DNA of 64,000 bases from an uncultured Acidobacteriota bacterium. GTDB lineage: Bacteria; Acidobacteriota; Thermoanaerobaculia; Gp7-AA8. The stretch covers positions 64,001-128,000 of the forward strand of contig CAVUKB010000005.1 of assembly GCA_963741955.1 (NCBI GenBank). Direction: 5' to 3'. Both the position numbers and the translations under genes were made by a program. Positions 27,644 to 38,249 of the stretch are shown one piece after another; the stretch's first letter is position 1; each line of letters starts with the position of its first letter. The notes beneath the pieces were generated by a model, which saw nothing but the letters and a program-made list of their open reading frames with translations, was not told the origin of the DNA and did not search any database.

Positions 27644-29430
27644 ACCGAACCATGGGAAGTCTTCTGGAAGGTCGAGTCGAAGCGGGAAAGCTCCGGATCG
27701 AAGATCGCGGGAAGCACGTGGTGCTGATGGGATGGGTGCAGAAGCGTCGCGATTTCGGTGATCTGATTTTCGTGGACGTCCGTGATCGCAGCGGCATCTG
27801 TCAGGCCGTCGTGGATGCGGAGCGAGCGGCCGATCCGAAGATCGTCGAGGTGGCGAAGGAGCTCCGTTCCGAGTTCGTGGTCCGGATCGAAGGCGAAGTC
27901 GGGCCGCGAGCGGAAGAGCAGCGCAATCCGCGGATGCCGACCGGCGACGTCGAAGTGGTGGCGACGAAGGTCGAGATCCTCACCCGCGCCGAGACTCCGC
28001 CCTTCCAGATCGAAGACGAGGTGAACGCGAACGAGGACCTTCGTCTCACGTACCGCTTTCTCGATCTGCGCCGCTCACCGCTGACGCGGAACCTCGTGCT
28101 CCGAGACGCGGTCACCCACAAGGTGCGCGACTTCATGCACCGGGAGGGTTTTCTCGAGATCGAGACGCCCATCCTCACGAAATCGACTCCGGAAGGGGCA
28201 CGCGACTACCTCGTTCCGAGTCGGGTCCAGAAGGGGAACTTCTACGCTCTGCCGCAGTCGCCGCAGCTCTTCAAGCAGCTGCTGATGGTCTCCGGTTTCG
28301 AACGCTACTACCAGATCGCGAAGTGCTTCCGCGACGAGGATCTCCGCAGCGATCGTCAGCCGGAGTTCACGCAGGTCGACGTCGAAGCGTCCTTCATCGA
28401 CGAGGAGTTCGTCTTCTCTCTGATCGAGCGCCTCTATTCGGAGGTCTTTCCGATCGGGGGGATCCCGGTGACCACGCCATTTCCGCGCCTGACGTACGCC
28501 GAAGCGCTGGATCGCTTCGGAATCGACCGTCCGGATACACGATTCGGGATGGAGCTGGTGGATCTTGCCGGCCCGGCCGGGGAAATCGATATTCAGATCT
28601 TCCGGAACGCGCTCGGAGCGGAAGGTCTGGTCCGGGGGATTCTCGTTCCCGGCGCCGCCTCCGCGTACTCCCGGAAGCGACTCGACGAGCTCACGGAAGC
28701 CGCGAAGCAGTTCGGCGCGGGCGGCGTGATCTGGGTGAAGTTCGATTCCGAGACGACCTCTTCGATCAGGAAGTTTCTCACCGATGCGAACGTGGAAGCG
28801 CTCCGGAATGCCTTCGGCGCATCGAATGGAGACCTGGCCCTCATCGTGGCCGGCAAGCGGAAGGTGGTCCTCGATGCGCTGGCGAACCTCCGGGTGCGCG
28901 TGGCCCGGGAGGAGAAACTGATCCCGGAAGAGAAGTGGAACTTCGTCTGGGTGACCGACTTCCCGCTCCTGGAGTGGGACGAGGAGGCGAACCGCTTCGT
29001 GGCTCTGCATCACCCGTTCACCTCTCCGGTACCATCCGATCTCGAAATGCTCTCGACCGATCCGGGACGGGTCCGGGCACGCGCTTATGACGTCGTACTG
29101 AACGGCCTGGAGCTGGGCGGCGGCAGCATCCGAATCAACGACGCGGCAGTTCAATCACGGATGTTCCGGGCACTCGGCATCGAGGAGGAAGAAGCAAAGA
29201 GCCGCTTCGGCTTCCTCCTCGAGGCATTCCGGTACGGGGCTCCACCGCATGGAGGAATCGCTCTCGGACTGGATCGGATGGTGATGCTGATGGCCCGGTC
29301 GTCGTCGATCCGCGATGTGATTGCGTTCCCGAAGACCACCAGCGGGCAGGACATGATGACCGACGCGCCATCGACGGTGTCGGAGGCGCAGTTGAACGAG
29401 CTCGGGCTCGAATTGAAGAAACGTTCCTGA
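27640..29430 (+). CDS. aspS: aspartate--tRNA ligase
   Basis: STPEGARDYLVPSR, LPQSPQLFKQ, FRDEDLRSDRQPEF, HHPFT, PPHGGIALGLDR. Confidence 0.98.
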   Translation: MNRTMGSLLEGRVEAGKLRIEDRGKHVVLMGWVQKRRDFGDLIFVDVRDRSGICQAVVDAERAADPKIVEVAKELRSEFVVRIEGEVGPRAEEQRNPRMPTGDVEVVATKVEILTRAETPPFQIEDEVNANEDLRLTYRFLDLRRSPLTRNLVLRDAVTHKVRDFMHREGFLEIETPILTKSTPEGARDYLVPSRVQKGNFYALPQSPQLFKQLLMVSGFERYYQIAKCFRDEDLRSDRQPEFTQVDVEASFIDEEFVFSLIERLYSEVFPIGGIPVTTPFPRLTYAEALDRFGIDRPDTRFGMELVDLAGPAGEIDIQIFRNALGAEGLVRGILVPGAASAYSRKRLDELTEAAKQFGAGGVIWVKFDSETTSSIRKFLTDANVEALRNAFGASNGDLALIVAGKRKVVLDALANLRVRVAREEKLIPEEKWNFVWVTDFPLLEWDEEANRFVALHHPFTSPVPSDLEMLSTDPGRVRARAYDVVLNGLELGGGSIRINDAAVQSRMFRALGIEEEEAKSRFGFLLEAFRYGAPPHGGIALGLDRMVMLMARSSSIRDVIAFPKTTSGQDMMTDAPSTVSEAQLNELGLELKKRS

Positions 29431-29439
29431 GGCGAACAG

Positions 29440-30549
29440 GTGTCCACACCGTTCCGCATCATCCGTCAGGAGAGCGCCACCTACCCGGTGTTCGCAGGGA
29501 CTGGTCTCCTCGCAGAAGTCGCCTCGATCACGGCGGAAGTATCGAAGGCCTCGCTCCCGGTTCTGATCAGCTCCGGCGAGGTGTATTCCCGCTACGGTCG
29601 GGAGGTTCTCGAATCGTTCCGTCGGGAGGGATCGGTCGTTGAGACGATTCTGATCAGCGAGGGAGAGTCGAACAAGACAGTTGCAACGGCGGAAGAGATC
29701 GTCGCACGCCTGCTGGAGCTCGGAGCGAAGCGGGATACCGTCGCGCTGGTGCTCGGCGGTGGGATGATCGGCGACACCGCCGGTTTCGCCGCTTCGATCT
29801 ATCTGCGGGGAATCGACCTGATACAGATTCCCACCACGCTGCTCGCGCAGGTCGACAGCAGTATCGGAGGGAAGGTCGCGGTGAATCACCGGAAGGGGAA
29901 GAATCTGATCGGGAGCTTTCATCCTCCCCGCGCGGTGATCTCCGACGTCGGCACGTTGCGCACCCTTCCCCGGCGAGAACTTCTCTCCGGAGTCTTCGAA
30001 GCGCTGAAGGGAGGGGTGATTGGCGACGCACACCTCTTCGAACTGATGGAGAGCCGGCGCGACGCGGTTCTGGATGAAGTACCGGAGGTCCTGGGGGAAG
30101 TGATCCGCCGCGCGATCGACGTGAAGGGAGCCATCGTTTCGGCGGACGAAAAGGAAGCCGGATTGCGCCAGCTCCTCAATTACGGTCACACGCTCGCACA
30201 TGGCGTAGAGACCGCGCTCGACTATCGAGGGATCACGCATGGCGAAGCGGTGGCGTGGGGAATGCTCGGGGCGAACGCGATCGCGAGGAAACGGGGAATC
30301 CTTCCGGAGCCGGAGCGGCAACGGATCGACGAGGCGGTGAACGCGTATGGGCCGGCAGCGATCCCACCGGTCGACAGAGCCTCGATGCTCATCGCGATCT
30401 CGCACGACAAGAAGTTCCGGGGAGGGACGAAGGTGATGGTTCTTCCGTCGACCATCGGCGAGTGCCGCGTCTATGCCGACATCACGGAGGGGGAGATCGA
30501 GTATGGACTCGACGCCATGCTCGATGCTGCAGGAGCGGCTCGCGGATGA
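29440..30549 (+). CDS. aroB: 3-dehydroquinate synthase
   Basis: GGGMIGD, PTTLLAQVDSSIGGK, KNLIG, LNYGHT, HGEAV, HDKK. Confidence 0.96.
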   Translation: MSTPFRIIRQESATYPVFAGTGLLAEVASITAEVSKASLPVLISSGEVYSRYGREVLESFRREGSVVETILISEGESNKTVATAEEIVARLLELGAKRDTVALVLGGGMIGDTAGFAASIYLRGIDLIQIPTTLLAQVDSSIGGKVAVNHRKGKNLIGSFHPPRAVISDVGTLRTLPRRELLSGVFEALKGGVIGDAHLFELMESRRDAVLDEVPEVLGEVIRRAIDVKGAIVSADEKEAGLRQLLNYGHTLAHGVETALDYRGITHGEAVAWGMLGANAIARKRGILPEPERQRIDEAVNAYGPAAIPPVDRASMLIAISHDKKFRGGTKVMVLPSTIGECRVYADITEGEIEYGLDAMLDAAGAARG

Positions 30550-31142
30550 AGCTCACCCCGGCGATGCTGGAGATCACGCAGGATGGCGAACTGCACCAGT
30601 TCTGCGAGAGCTGCGGAGCGGAAGCGCTGGATGAGACCCGCGCCGGCGGGAAGACGAGTTACCGATGCCGCGCCTGCGGTGCGGTTCTTCCTCGCGCGAT
30701 CATCATCGATCCCGGCGTGGTGTGGTGGAGTGGCGAGGATTGGACGTACTGGCACGAGAGCGCGGGAGTGCTCATCCGCGATGACGACCACCGCATTCTC
30801 TTCTTCGAACGGACCAAGTACCCACCCGGGATCACCGTCCCCGCGGGACACGTCGACCGCGGAGAGCACCATCGGGAGACCGCGTTGCGGGAAGCGAGAG
30901 AGGAAGTCTCGGTGGTCCTCGAGAGCGTACATCTCATTGCCGAAGCCGACATCGCGAACGACTCGTGCCGGAGAGGATCCGATCACCATCGGTGGCACCT
31001 GTACGAGGGATCGATGCCGGCGAACGGGAACGTCGTGGTGACGGACGAAGGTCACCGACCGGTCTGGCTCGCGCGCGAAGAGGCGCTGGAGCGGCCGCTC
31101 ATCGTTCCGGTGCGGTGGTTTCTCGAACGGATGGACGAGTGA
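30546..31142 (+). CDS. NUDIX hydrolase with N-terminal zinc ribbon
   Basis: CESC..CRAC; Nudix box PAGHVDRGE..ALREAREEV; ATGA overlap with aroB. Confidence 0.82.
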   Translation: MKLTPAMLEITQDGELHQFCESCGAEALDETRAGGKTSYRCRACGAVLPRAIIIDPGVVWWSGEDWTYWHESAGVLIRDDDHRILFFERTKYPPGITVPAGHVDRGEHHRETALREAREEVSVVLESVHLIAEADIANDSCRRGSDHHRWHLYEGSMPANGNVVVTDEGHRPVWLAREEALERPLIVPVRWFLERMDE

Positions 31143-33012
31143 CGAACGGCGGCTCTGCCGGAGAGGGTGACATGCCGGGAGCGAGTCCGACATCCGATGT
31201 CGCGGTCGTCCATTCGAAGATCTTCGTCGCCCAGAGACGCATCCCGTAACTCCGCTTCGCTTCTCGCGGCATCTCTTCCGAAAGCCACTCCGGAATGGGA
31301 ACCGCGAACCCTCTCTTCGGACGATCGTGCAGTTCCGCGGGGAGCGGACGCCGCGGACTGTTCGCGATCAGTTCCTTCGCGCTCGAAGTCGCGTGCACCA
31401 CTGCCGGCGCGACCTTTCGAAGCAGAAACGGATCGATCAGAGGAACCCGCACTTCGAGCGAATGGTCCATGCTCGCCCAATCGACGTCCGGCAGCAGCCG
31501 GTCGCGAAGGAACATCCCGGTCTCCAGCGCTGCGACCCGCGAGAACGGCGTGACCGGATCGGGATCGATCACCTGCCGGATTCGTTCGATCAGATCGAGT
31601 CGCTCCAAACCCTCCTCGGCCATCTCGCGACCGAGAATGCCGGCGAGCTCCCACGGCATGAAGAGTCCGCGCCGGAGGTAGTACGCACCCGGGTAGGTTC
31701 CGCCGTACTCGAGGAGGCTCGCGGTTCGACGACTCAGGTTGCGGTGTTTCGGAACCAGCCCGTCGTACAGATGTCGGAAGAGGATCGGGAGGTAGGGAAC
31801 GCGCGAGAGGAGTCTGGTGCGCGCGACAGTGCGGGGCACTTTCTGAAGCGACGCGTACCCTCCGAAGAGCTCGTCGCCTCCGGTTCCGGAGAGAACGACC
31901 TTGAGACGCTCTTCGGCGGCAGCTTTGCTCACGATCCAGGTGTTGAGCGCGTCGACGGTCGGCTGATCCATCGCGCGGAGAATCCGCGGCAGGTCCGACT
32001 TGAACTCCTCTTTCGAGTAGGTCCGGGTCACGTGGCGCGTGCCGAGCGTCTTCGCGACGAGCTCCGCAACGGGTGTCTCGTCATTCCGCGTGTTCTCGTA
32101 CTCGGCGAATTTGATGGTGATGGTCGTCAGGGGAGAGGTGGAAGGTATTGAAGCCGCGTGCGCGACGACTGCGGTCGAATCCTTTCCGCCGGAGAGAAAG
32201 GCACCGACCGGGACGTCGGAGACGAGGTGATGGCGGACCGACTCTTCAATCGCGTCGGTGACCAGTTCCTGGCGCTCTGCGTCCGTCATCTGCCGCTGTT
32301 CCGACCATGCATCCCGCAGCACTCCGGCAACTGAAAAATACGAGACCGGATCGGAGCTTCCGCGCTCGTCCACGGTGAGAAACGATCCGGCGGGGAGGGA
32401 ACGGACTGCACGGACCGTGGTGAAGGGCTGCATGACGTGACCCCAGAGGAAGAAGCTGGCGACGCCCGCAGGGTCGGACGCGCCGGAGACGGCGCCGGAT
32501 TCCACCAGTGGTCTGACCCGCGACGCGAGACGGAAAGTCGCTCCGTCGTCTGCGTAGTAGAGCGGCTTGATGCCGTAGGGATCGCGAGCAACGAAGAGCG
32601 ATCGCGCCGACTGGTCCCAGATGCAGAAGGCGAACATTCCACGCAGGAGCTCGAGCATCCGGCTTCCCGAGGTGCGATAGAGCTCGAGGAGGACCTCGGT
32701 ATCGGAGTGGGTGCGGAAGCGTGCGCCTGTCGATTCGAGCTGTGCGCGCAGCTCACGGAAGTTGTAGATCTCGCCATTGAACGCGATGACGTATCTGCCA
32801 TCCGAGCTCGTCATCGGCTGAGCCGCAGCGGCGGAGAGGTCGATGATGGAGAGGCGGCGGTGTGCCATGCCGACGCGACCGCCGGCAGAGATCCAGTCGC
32901 CGGAGCCGTCCGGACCTCGTGCTTCCATCCGTTCGGACGTTGCGAGCAGTTCCACCCGGTCGACCGGATCGGCCCGTTCGCCATAGGCGAAAACCGCATT
33001 GATCCCACACAC
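31099..33012 (-). CDS. asnB: asparagine synthase (glutamine-hydrolyzing)-type amidotransferase
   Basis: N-terminal MCGI, RGPD, HRRLSIID, NGEIYN, LSGGKDS, GGDELFGGY, EVRVP. Confidence 0.93.
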   Translation of the reverse strand: MCGINAVFAYGERADPVDRVELLATSERMEARGPDGSGDWISAGGRVGMAHRRLSIIDLSAAAAQPMTSSDGRYVIAFNGEIYNFRELRAQLESTGARFRTHSDTEVLLELYRTSGSRMLELLRGMFAFCIWDQSARSLFVARDPYGIKPLYYADDGATFRLASRVRPLVESGAVSGASDPAGVASFFLWGHVMQPFTTVRAVRSLPAGSFLTVDERGSSDPVSYFSVAGVLRDAWSEQRQMTDAERQELVTDAIEESVRHHLVSDVPVGAFLSGGKDSTAVVAHAASIPSTSPLTTITIKFAEYENTRNDETPVAELVAKTLGTRHVTRTYSKEEFKSDLPRILRAMDQPTVDALNTWIVSKAAAEERLKVVLSGTGGDELFGGYASLQKVPRTVARTRLLSRVPYLPILFRHLYDGLVPKHRNLSRRTASLLEYGGTYPGAYYLRRGLFMPWELAGILGREMAEEGLERLDLIERIRQVIDPDPVTPFSRVAALETGMFLRDRLLPDVDWASMDHSLEVRVPLIDPFLLRKVAPAVVHATSSAKELIANSPRRPLPAELHDRPKRGFAVPIPEWLSEEMPREAKRSYGMRLWATKIFEWTTATSDVGLAPGMSPSPAEPPFVTRPSVRETTAPER

Positions 33013-33083
33013 TCAGTCGCAGTATACGCCAGCGTTTGCTTGATCCGTCACCGCAGCAGAGATGGTGTGAGAAATGCGGGCTA

Positions 33084-33244
33084 GGAGTCTGCGCGATAGA
33101 AACTGTCCCACTGCGAAAGCGGATCAACGGTCCAAATCCGCCCGGATTTTAGGCGAGTAGCCACCGCTACGCACCTCAAATCCGAACGAATTTGGCCTCG
33201 CCGCTCCGCTTTCTCGCTACGGACGTTCCTACCGCGCAGACTCC
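33084..33244. mobile_element. 161-bp hairpin MITE-like element with terminal inverted repeats
   Basis: Left GGAGTCTGCGCGATAGAAAC, right GTTCCTACCGCGCAGACTCC; self-complementary interior; partial copies at 1833-1879 and 53894-53960. Confidence 0.75.
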
Positions 33245-34119
33245 TGGGACGGAGAGCTTTCCGATGCGCCGATCATGTCGGCAGGATGAAATCCGAAACT
33301 GAGGCGGAGCGTCGCGTATTCAGGGTGAACGGTACCGTCTGCGCGGCGGATCACGAGGGGTGGTTCGATCACCGGTTTTCCTTCACTCTCTCCGTGAAAA
33401 CTCGAAGGAAGGTCGACGGCGCGTGAGGTCGCGAAGAGGGAGATCGAGGGATTCTCTCCTTCCTGGAATACGACGTCGCGGCGCCTCAGAAGGATCAGCC
33501 CTTCCTCCTGGAGTGCTGCCTCCGCCCTTTTCGTCCCACCGGTCGGGAAGACGAACGCGAAGACTCCTCCCGGGGCGAGGATGCGAGCCGCGGTCTCCGC
33601 ATAATCGGAGATGCTGCCGCGCATCTCGATACGCGCGCCGACCGCTTGTGCACGGTGCGACGGAGACGCGGTTCCCAGCGGAAAATAGGGAGGCGATCCG
33701 AGAACGAGATCGAATGGCTCGTCTCCTTCGAAGAGTGCCGGATCGCGGAGATCGCCGTGGAGAAGTTTGAATCGTTCTGCGAGTCCGTTGTACCTGATGC
33801 TCTTGCGTGCGAGCCGGATCGACTCCTCCTGAGCTTCGGCGGTGACGAATCGAGCGCCCGGAAGCCTCCATGCCGCGACGAGCGCGACCGATCCGATTCC
33901 GGAGCCGAGGTCCGCCGCGCGCTCCACGCGGGGAGCCCATTGAGTGCCGTACCAGGCGGTGAGGACGTCGTCGGTCGAGAAGCGATGACCGCGAGCGTAC
34001 TGAAAGACCCGGTAGTGGCCAGAGATGTAGCTGAGCGTCTCGCCCTCCTCGGGCTGGATGCCCCCGGGAGGGATCGGTCCCGGACGGCGCCAGCCGCGGT
34101 AGTGGAGAGAATCACTCAT
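33229..34119 (-). CDS. SAM methyltransferase, tRNA1(Val) m6A37 (TrmN6/YfiC)-like
   Basis: HRFSTDDVL, DLGSGIG, SPPYF (NPPY-like). Start could be 34161. Confidence 0.75.
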   Translation of the reverse strand: MSDSLHYRGWRRPGPIPPGGIQPEEGETLSYISGHYRVFQYARGHRFSTDDVLTAWYGTQWAPRVERAADLGSGIGSVALVAAWRLPGARFVTAEAQEESIRLARKSIRYNGLAERFKLLHGDLRDPALFEGDEPFDLVLGSPPYFPLGTASPSHRAQAVGARIEMRGSISDYAETAARILAPGGVFAFVFPTGGTKRAEAALQEEGLILLRRRDVVFQEGENPSISLFATSRAVDLPSSFHGESEGKPVIEPPLVIRRADGTVHPEYATLRLSFGFHPADMIGASESSPSQESAR

Positions 34120-34244
34120 CGGCAGTTCGTTTCGGGAGCGGCGGCCGAAGCGGTCGCGCACATCGGTTCCATCGGATCTTACGCGATTTCAACCCGGCAC
34201 AGACTCCTAGCCCGCCGGCGTTCCGTAGTGACGCGAACCCGGAC

Positions 34245-36182
34245 TCACTTCACGTGCTTGTGTTTCTCCACGATCTGGTCGACGACGCCCGGATCGGCCA
34301 GCGTGGTCAGATCACCGAGCTGTTCGTACTCGCCCGAGGCGACGTTGCGGAGAATGCGGCGCATGATTTTTCCCGATCGGGTCTTCGGCAGACCGGGGAC
34401 GATCTGGATCGAATCGGGAACGGCGATCGGACCGATCGCGTGGCGGACCTGTTCCTTCAGCGCTCCGACGATCTGCTCCGGCGACTCGTTCTGGTATTCG
34501 GGAGTGAGGATCACGTATGCGTAGATCCCGGTGCCCTTGATGTCGTGAGGATAGCCGACCACCGCTGCTTCGGCGACCGCTTCGTGGCTGACGAGAGCGC
34601 TCTCGACCTCGGCGGTGCCGAGGCGATGACCGGAAACGTTGAGGACATCGTCGACACGTCCGGTGATCCAGTAGTTGCCGTTCTCGTCGCGGCGGCAACC
34701 GTCACCGGTGAAATAGCGTCCGGGGAAGCGTTTGAAATAGGTTTCCTGAAAACGGGAATGATCGCCCCAGATGGTGCGGGCCTGTCCGGGCCAGGTGCGG
34801 TCGATGCAGAGATACCCGTTGACTCCGTTCCCTTCGAGCACTTTTCCGTTCTCGTCGACGAGTAGAGGGACGATGCCGAAGAAGGGACGGGTAGCGGAGC
34901 CTGGCTCGAGCGGCGTCGCGCCGGGGAGGGGAGTGATCATGATCCCGCCCGTCTCGGTCTGCCACCAGGTGTCGACGACAGGACAGCGTCCCTCTCCCAC
35001 CACGTCGTGGTACCACTTCCAGATCTCCGGGTTGATCGGTTCCCCGACCGTCCCGAGGACCCGGAGCGAGCTTCGGTCGTATTTTCGGACCCATTCGTCG
35101 CCTTCGCGTGCGATCGCTCGGATCGCCGTCGGCGCGGTGTAGAAGACGTTGATCTTCAGGTCTTCGACCATCCGCCAGTAGCGGCCGGCATCCGGATAGA
35201 GGGGCGTGGACTCGAACATCACGGTCGTGGTCCCGTTCGCCAGGGGGCCGTAGATGATGTAGCTGTGTCCCGTGATCCATCCGATGTCGGCCGCACAGCA
35301 GTAGACGGTGTCCGGATGAATGTCGAACACGTACTTGTGGGTCATCGCCGCGTAGAGAAGGTATCCGGCGGTGGTGTGGAGCACGCCTTTCGGTTTTCCG
35401 GTAGAGCCTGAAGTGTAGAGGATGAAGAGCGGCGATTCCGAGGACATCCATACCACAGGGCAGGTCGAACGCTGCTTTCTCGTCTCTTCATGGAGCCAGA
35501 GATCGCGACCGGCACGCATCGGAACGGACGTCTCGGTGCGTTGCACCACCAGGACCTTTTCCACGGTGGAGAGTCCTTCGATGGCCTGATCTGCCATCGC
35601 CTTGAGCGGAATGGCGCGCCCGCCGCGAAGGCCTTCGTTTGCGGTGATGAGCATTTTGCATCCGGCATCGAGGATTCGTTCGCGCAACGATTCCGATGAA
35701 AATCCGGCGAAGACGATCGAGTGCACCGCACCTATGCGCGCACACGCGAGCATGGTGTAGGCGAGCTCGGGAACCATCGGGAGGTAAATGCAGACCCGAT
35801 CGCCCTTCTGCACGCCGTGAGCGAGGAGGACGTTCGCGACGCGAGCCACTTCGTGCTTCAGTTCCCGGAACGTGATGTGGCGGTATTGTCCCGGTTCGTC
35901 GGCCGCCCAGATGATCGCCGTCTTGTCGGCCTTGTCCTCCAGGTGACGGTCCACGCAGTTGAAACAGGCATTCAGCCGCCCCCCCGAGAACCAGGCGAAG
36001 TCGACCTCGTCCAGGTCGACGTCGAGCACGTTGCGAGGTGGATGGAACCATTCGAGATAGCTCTGGGCCTGCTCCATCCAGAACTCGTCCGGCTGGTCGA
36101 CCGAACGGCGGTAGAGCTTCTCGTACTCTTCCATGCTCTTGACATGAGCATTTGCGGAGATTTCGGGCTTCACTGGGATCAT
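34245..36182 (-). CDS. acs: acetate--CoA ligase
   Basis: [37 protein letters not shown]. Confidence 0.97.
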   Translation of the reverse strand: MIPVKPEISANAHVKSMEEYEKLYRRSVDQPDEFWMEQAQSYLEWFHPPRNVLDVDLDEVDFAWFSGGRLNACFNCVDRHLEDKADKTAIIWAADEPGQYRHITFRELKHEVARVANVLLAHGVQKGDRVCIYLPMVPELAYTMLACARIGAVHSIVFAGFSSESLRERILDAGCKMLITANEGLRGGRAIPLKAMADQAIEGLSTVEKVLVVQRTETSVPMRAGRDLWLHEETRKQRSTCPVVWMSSESPLFILYTSGSTGKPKGVLHTTAGYLLYAAMTHKYVFDIHPDTVYCCAADIGWITGHSYIIYGPLANGTTTVMFESTPLYPDAGRYWRMVEDLKINVFYTAPTAIRAIAREGDEWVRKYDRSSLRVLGTVGEPINPEIWKWYHDVVGEGRCPVVDTWWQTETGGIMITPLPGATPLEPGSATRPFFGIVPLLVDENGKVLEGNGVNGYLCIDRTWPGQARTIWGDHSRFQETYFKRFPGRYFTGDGCRRDENGNYWITGRVDDVLNVSGHRLGTAEVESALVSHEAVAEAAVVGYPHDIKGTGIYAYVILTPEYQNESPEQIVGALKEQVRHAIGPIAVPDSIQIVPGLPKTRSGKIMRRILRNVASGEYEQLGDLTTLADPGVVDQIVEKHKHVK

Positions 36183-36421
36183 CCGGATCCTCCTTCTGGT
36201 GTCGACGTGTTTCGGGAGCGGAGATTATAGCGAACGGTCGGTCTCATGCATCTGCCGTGCGCAACCGGCTCAGAGTCGCTGCAGGGATTGTCGGGCCGAT
36301 CGGCACGAAGTGACCGAGAGAGGAGGTCGATTCGGAATAGAATATTTCGAGCCCCCGGGAGGGCCGCTCCGTCGGGTTCAGGAGAGAGGTGCTCGAGGCG
36401 TGCAGACGCGGGCGAAGAAAC

Positions 36422-36898
36422 CTATCGCGATTCCGGCCGGATCTCGATGCCGAACGGAACCGAACTGCCGGGAGTGGCGAGCATCTCGACGTCCGAAGTC
36501 TCGTTGGGGATGGTCAATGTCACGCGGGTTTCGTCGCAACTCTTGATCGTGGGGGTGGTGATCCGGTCGACCCCCAGATCTCGGGATTCGAACTGCATGC
36601 AGGGATCGACGCATGGCGGATCTCCCGCCGCGGCGGGATGCTCACTGCAGTAGTTCGGATCGGTACGAAGACAACGGGTGTAGGTACGCGAGACGACCAG
36701 GGTGGCCGTGCCGGAGAGCTCACCGTAATTCTTCACGGTGATGGTCAGGATTCCGGTTTTCGAATCCGAAGCCTTGAAATCTGCGCCGGTCACCGAAAAT
36801 ATCGCTCCGCGCTCCTCTGTCTGAGCGAATGCGGCGAGAGCGAAGGTCGAGAACAGCATGAGGATCACGGTCGAGGTACGTTGACGCGCAGGGGTCAT
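36422..36898 (-). CDS. secreted Cys-containing hypothetical protein
   Basis: AAGGAGG RBS, signal peptide ending AFA, beta-rich with 5 Cys. Confidence 0.55.
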   Translation of the reverse strand: MTPARQRTSTVILMLFSTFALAAFAQTEERGAIFSVTGADFKASDSKTGILTITVKNYGELSGTATLVVSRTYTRCLRTDPNYCSEHPAAAGDPPCVDPCMQFESRDLGVDRITTPTIKSCDETRVTLTIPNETSDVEMLATPGSSVPFGIEIRPESR

Positions 36899-37114
36899 CA
36901 GATCCTCCTTTCGTCGTCCAGTCACGTCCGGCTGACGAAGACGGCTCTGATTCTCAAGATAGAGACCGGGCCGCGGTCGGAAATGATGCGTTCGCATCAG
37001 ACGAAACCGGCATGGACCCGGCACGTCTCAACTGCAGACGAAGAATTGACTCGGGAGCGTATTTCGCGTAACAAACGCTCCGGCAGGCCAAGAATCGAAA
37101 CAGAAGGAGAGTGG

Positions 37115-37717
37115 ATGAGCAGAAAGATCGTAGGTACCATGACCGTCATCATGGCCCTCGCCCTCGTAGGGTGCCGTTCCGACGGGGGAACGCAGACGAC
37201 GGCGACCGAAAGCACCGCAGGCCAGGCGACTGCGACCACCCCGGCGCCCTCCACGGCACCCCCTGCAACCCAGACCGTTGCCACGTCGAGCGCTCCGGCT
37301 GAAACCAGCACCGCGGTCATTCCGGCGACCACGTCTTCCGTGAGCAAGGCCCCGGGAAGTCCGGCTCTGATCAAGGAGTCCAACGTTCCGTTCCCGGATG
37401 TCCCCAGGATCATGCCGGACGAGTTGAAGAAGCTGTACGACTCCGGCAACGTCGTCATCGTGGATGCCCGATCCGCGATCGACTACTACAACGACCATAT
37501 CAAAGGAGCACGAACGATCCCTCTGGTCCAGCTGCCGATGAAGATGAACGAGCTGCCGAAAGACCGGATGGTGGTCGCGTACTGCACGTGACCGGACGAA
37601 GAGACGAGCGCCCGTGCGGCGCATGAGCTCGAGCAGGCCGGATTCACCCACGTCGCGGCGCTCAAAGGCGGATTTCACGCCTGGGAGAACGCCGGATACC
37701 CGACCGAAAAGCAGTAA
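37115..37717 (+). CDS. rhodanese-domain lipoprotein, candidate selenoprotein (TGA 37589-37591 read as Sec)
   Basis: AAGGAG RBS, lipobox LVGC, Thr/Pro linker, IVDAR..HIKGA..VAYCT-TGA-PDEETSARAA..GF..V.ALKGGFHAWENAGYPTE; SECIS-like hairpin at 37608-37622. Confidence 0.85.
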
Positions 37718-37739
37718 GAAGCGGATCTTCCATCGCGGC

Positions 37740-37773
37740 GAGGCAACGGCGCAGGCCGTTGCCTCTTTCTTTT
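37740..37773 (+). terminator. rho-independent terminator
   Basis: GAGGCAACGGC-GCAG-GCCGTTGCCTC followed by TTTCTTTT. Confidence 0.85.
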
Positions 37774-38249
37774 GATCCTTCGACGTATTTTCGATTCCCT
37801 CCGCACGACTCCTTTCTCTGGAAGGATTCGAGGAGCCGGAAGAATGTCGAGTACGTCCTGGAATCCCTGGCGGAGCCGGCACGTCCGAAGCGCGGAAGTG
37901 CCCGGCGGACCGCTTGCGCGCGGCTATCCAACGATAGGACGAAAGAGACCCCTCTCGATAGTGAGATCCCGCGCGTCAGGAATGCTACGATGGAGCGCGC
38001 ATTCGTGAGGTCGAAGTGCGTCGTGCAGCTGAGCGAATCGGGGCGGCGATCTCGATCGGAAAGAATTCCGGAGTCACGGTGGGGATGAATCACGCGCAGA
38101 ATCGACAGGACGCGGAATCGCAGGAAGCGGGAACGCGGGGGTGGAGGAACGGCATGAGTTTTCAGCCGACCGGCATTGAATTCTTGTCAAATCACTCCAG
38201 TCTTGCTATTGAGGATCCGTCAGCAGCGGGCGGACGTCCGATACTCGTC

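Noticed and set aside
37589-37591. Nonsense mutation or pseudogene in the rhodanese
   Set aside because: The stop is TGA at a Cys-equivalent position, the downstream frame is intact, and a SECIS-like hairpin follows. Sec is preferred, though unproven.
37774-38249. Short ORFs between the rhodanese terminator and the PilZ-like gene
   Set aside because: No recognisable motif or convincing RBS in any frame; left unannotated.
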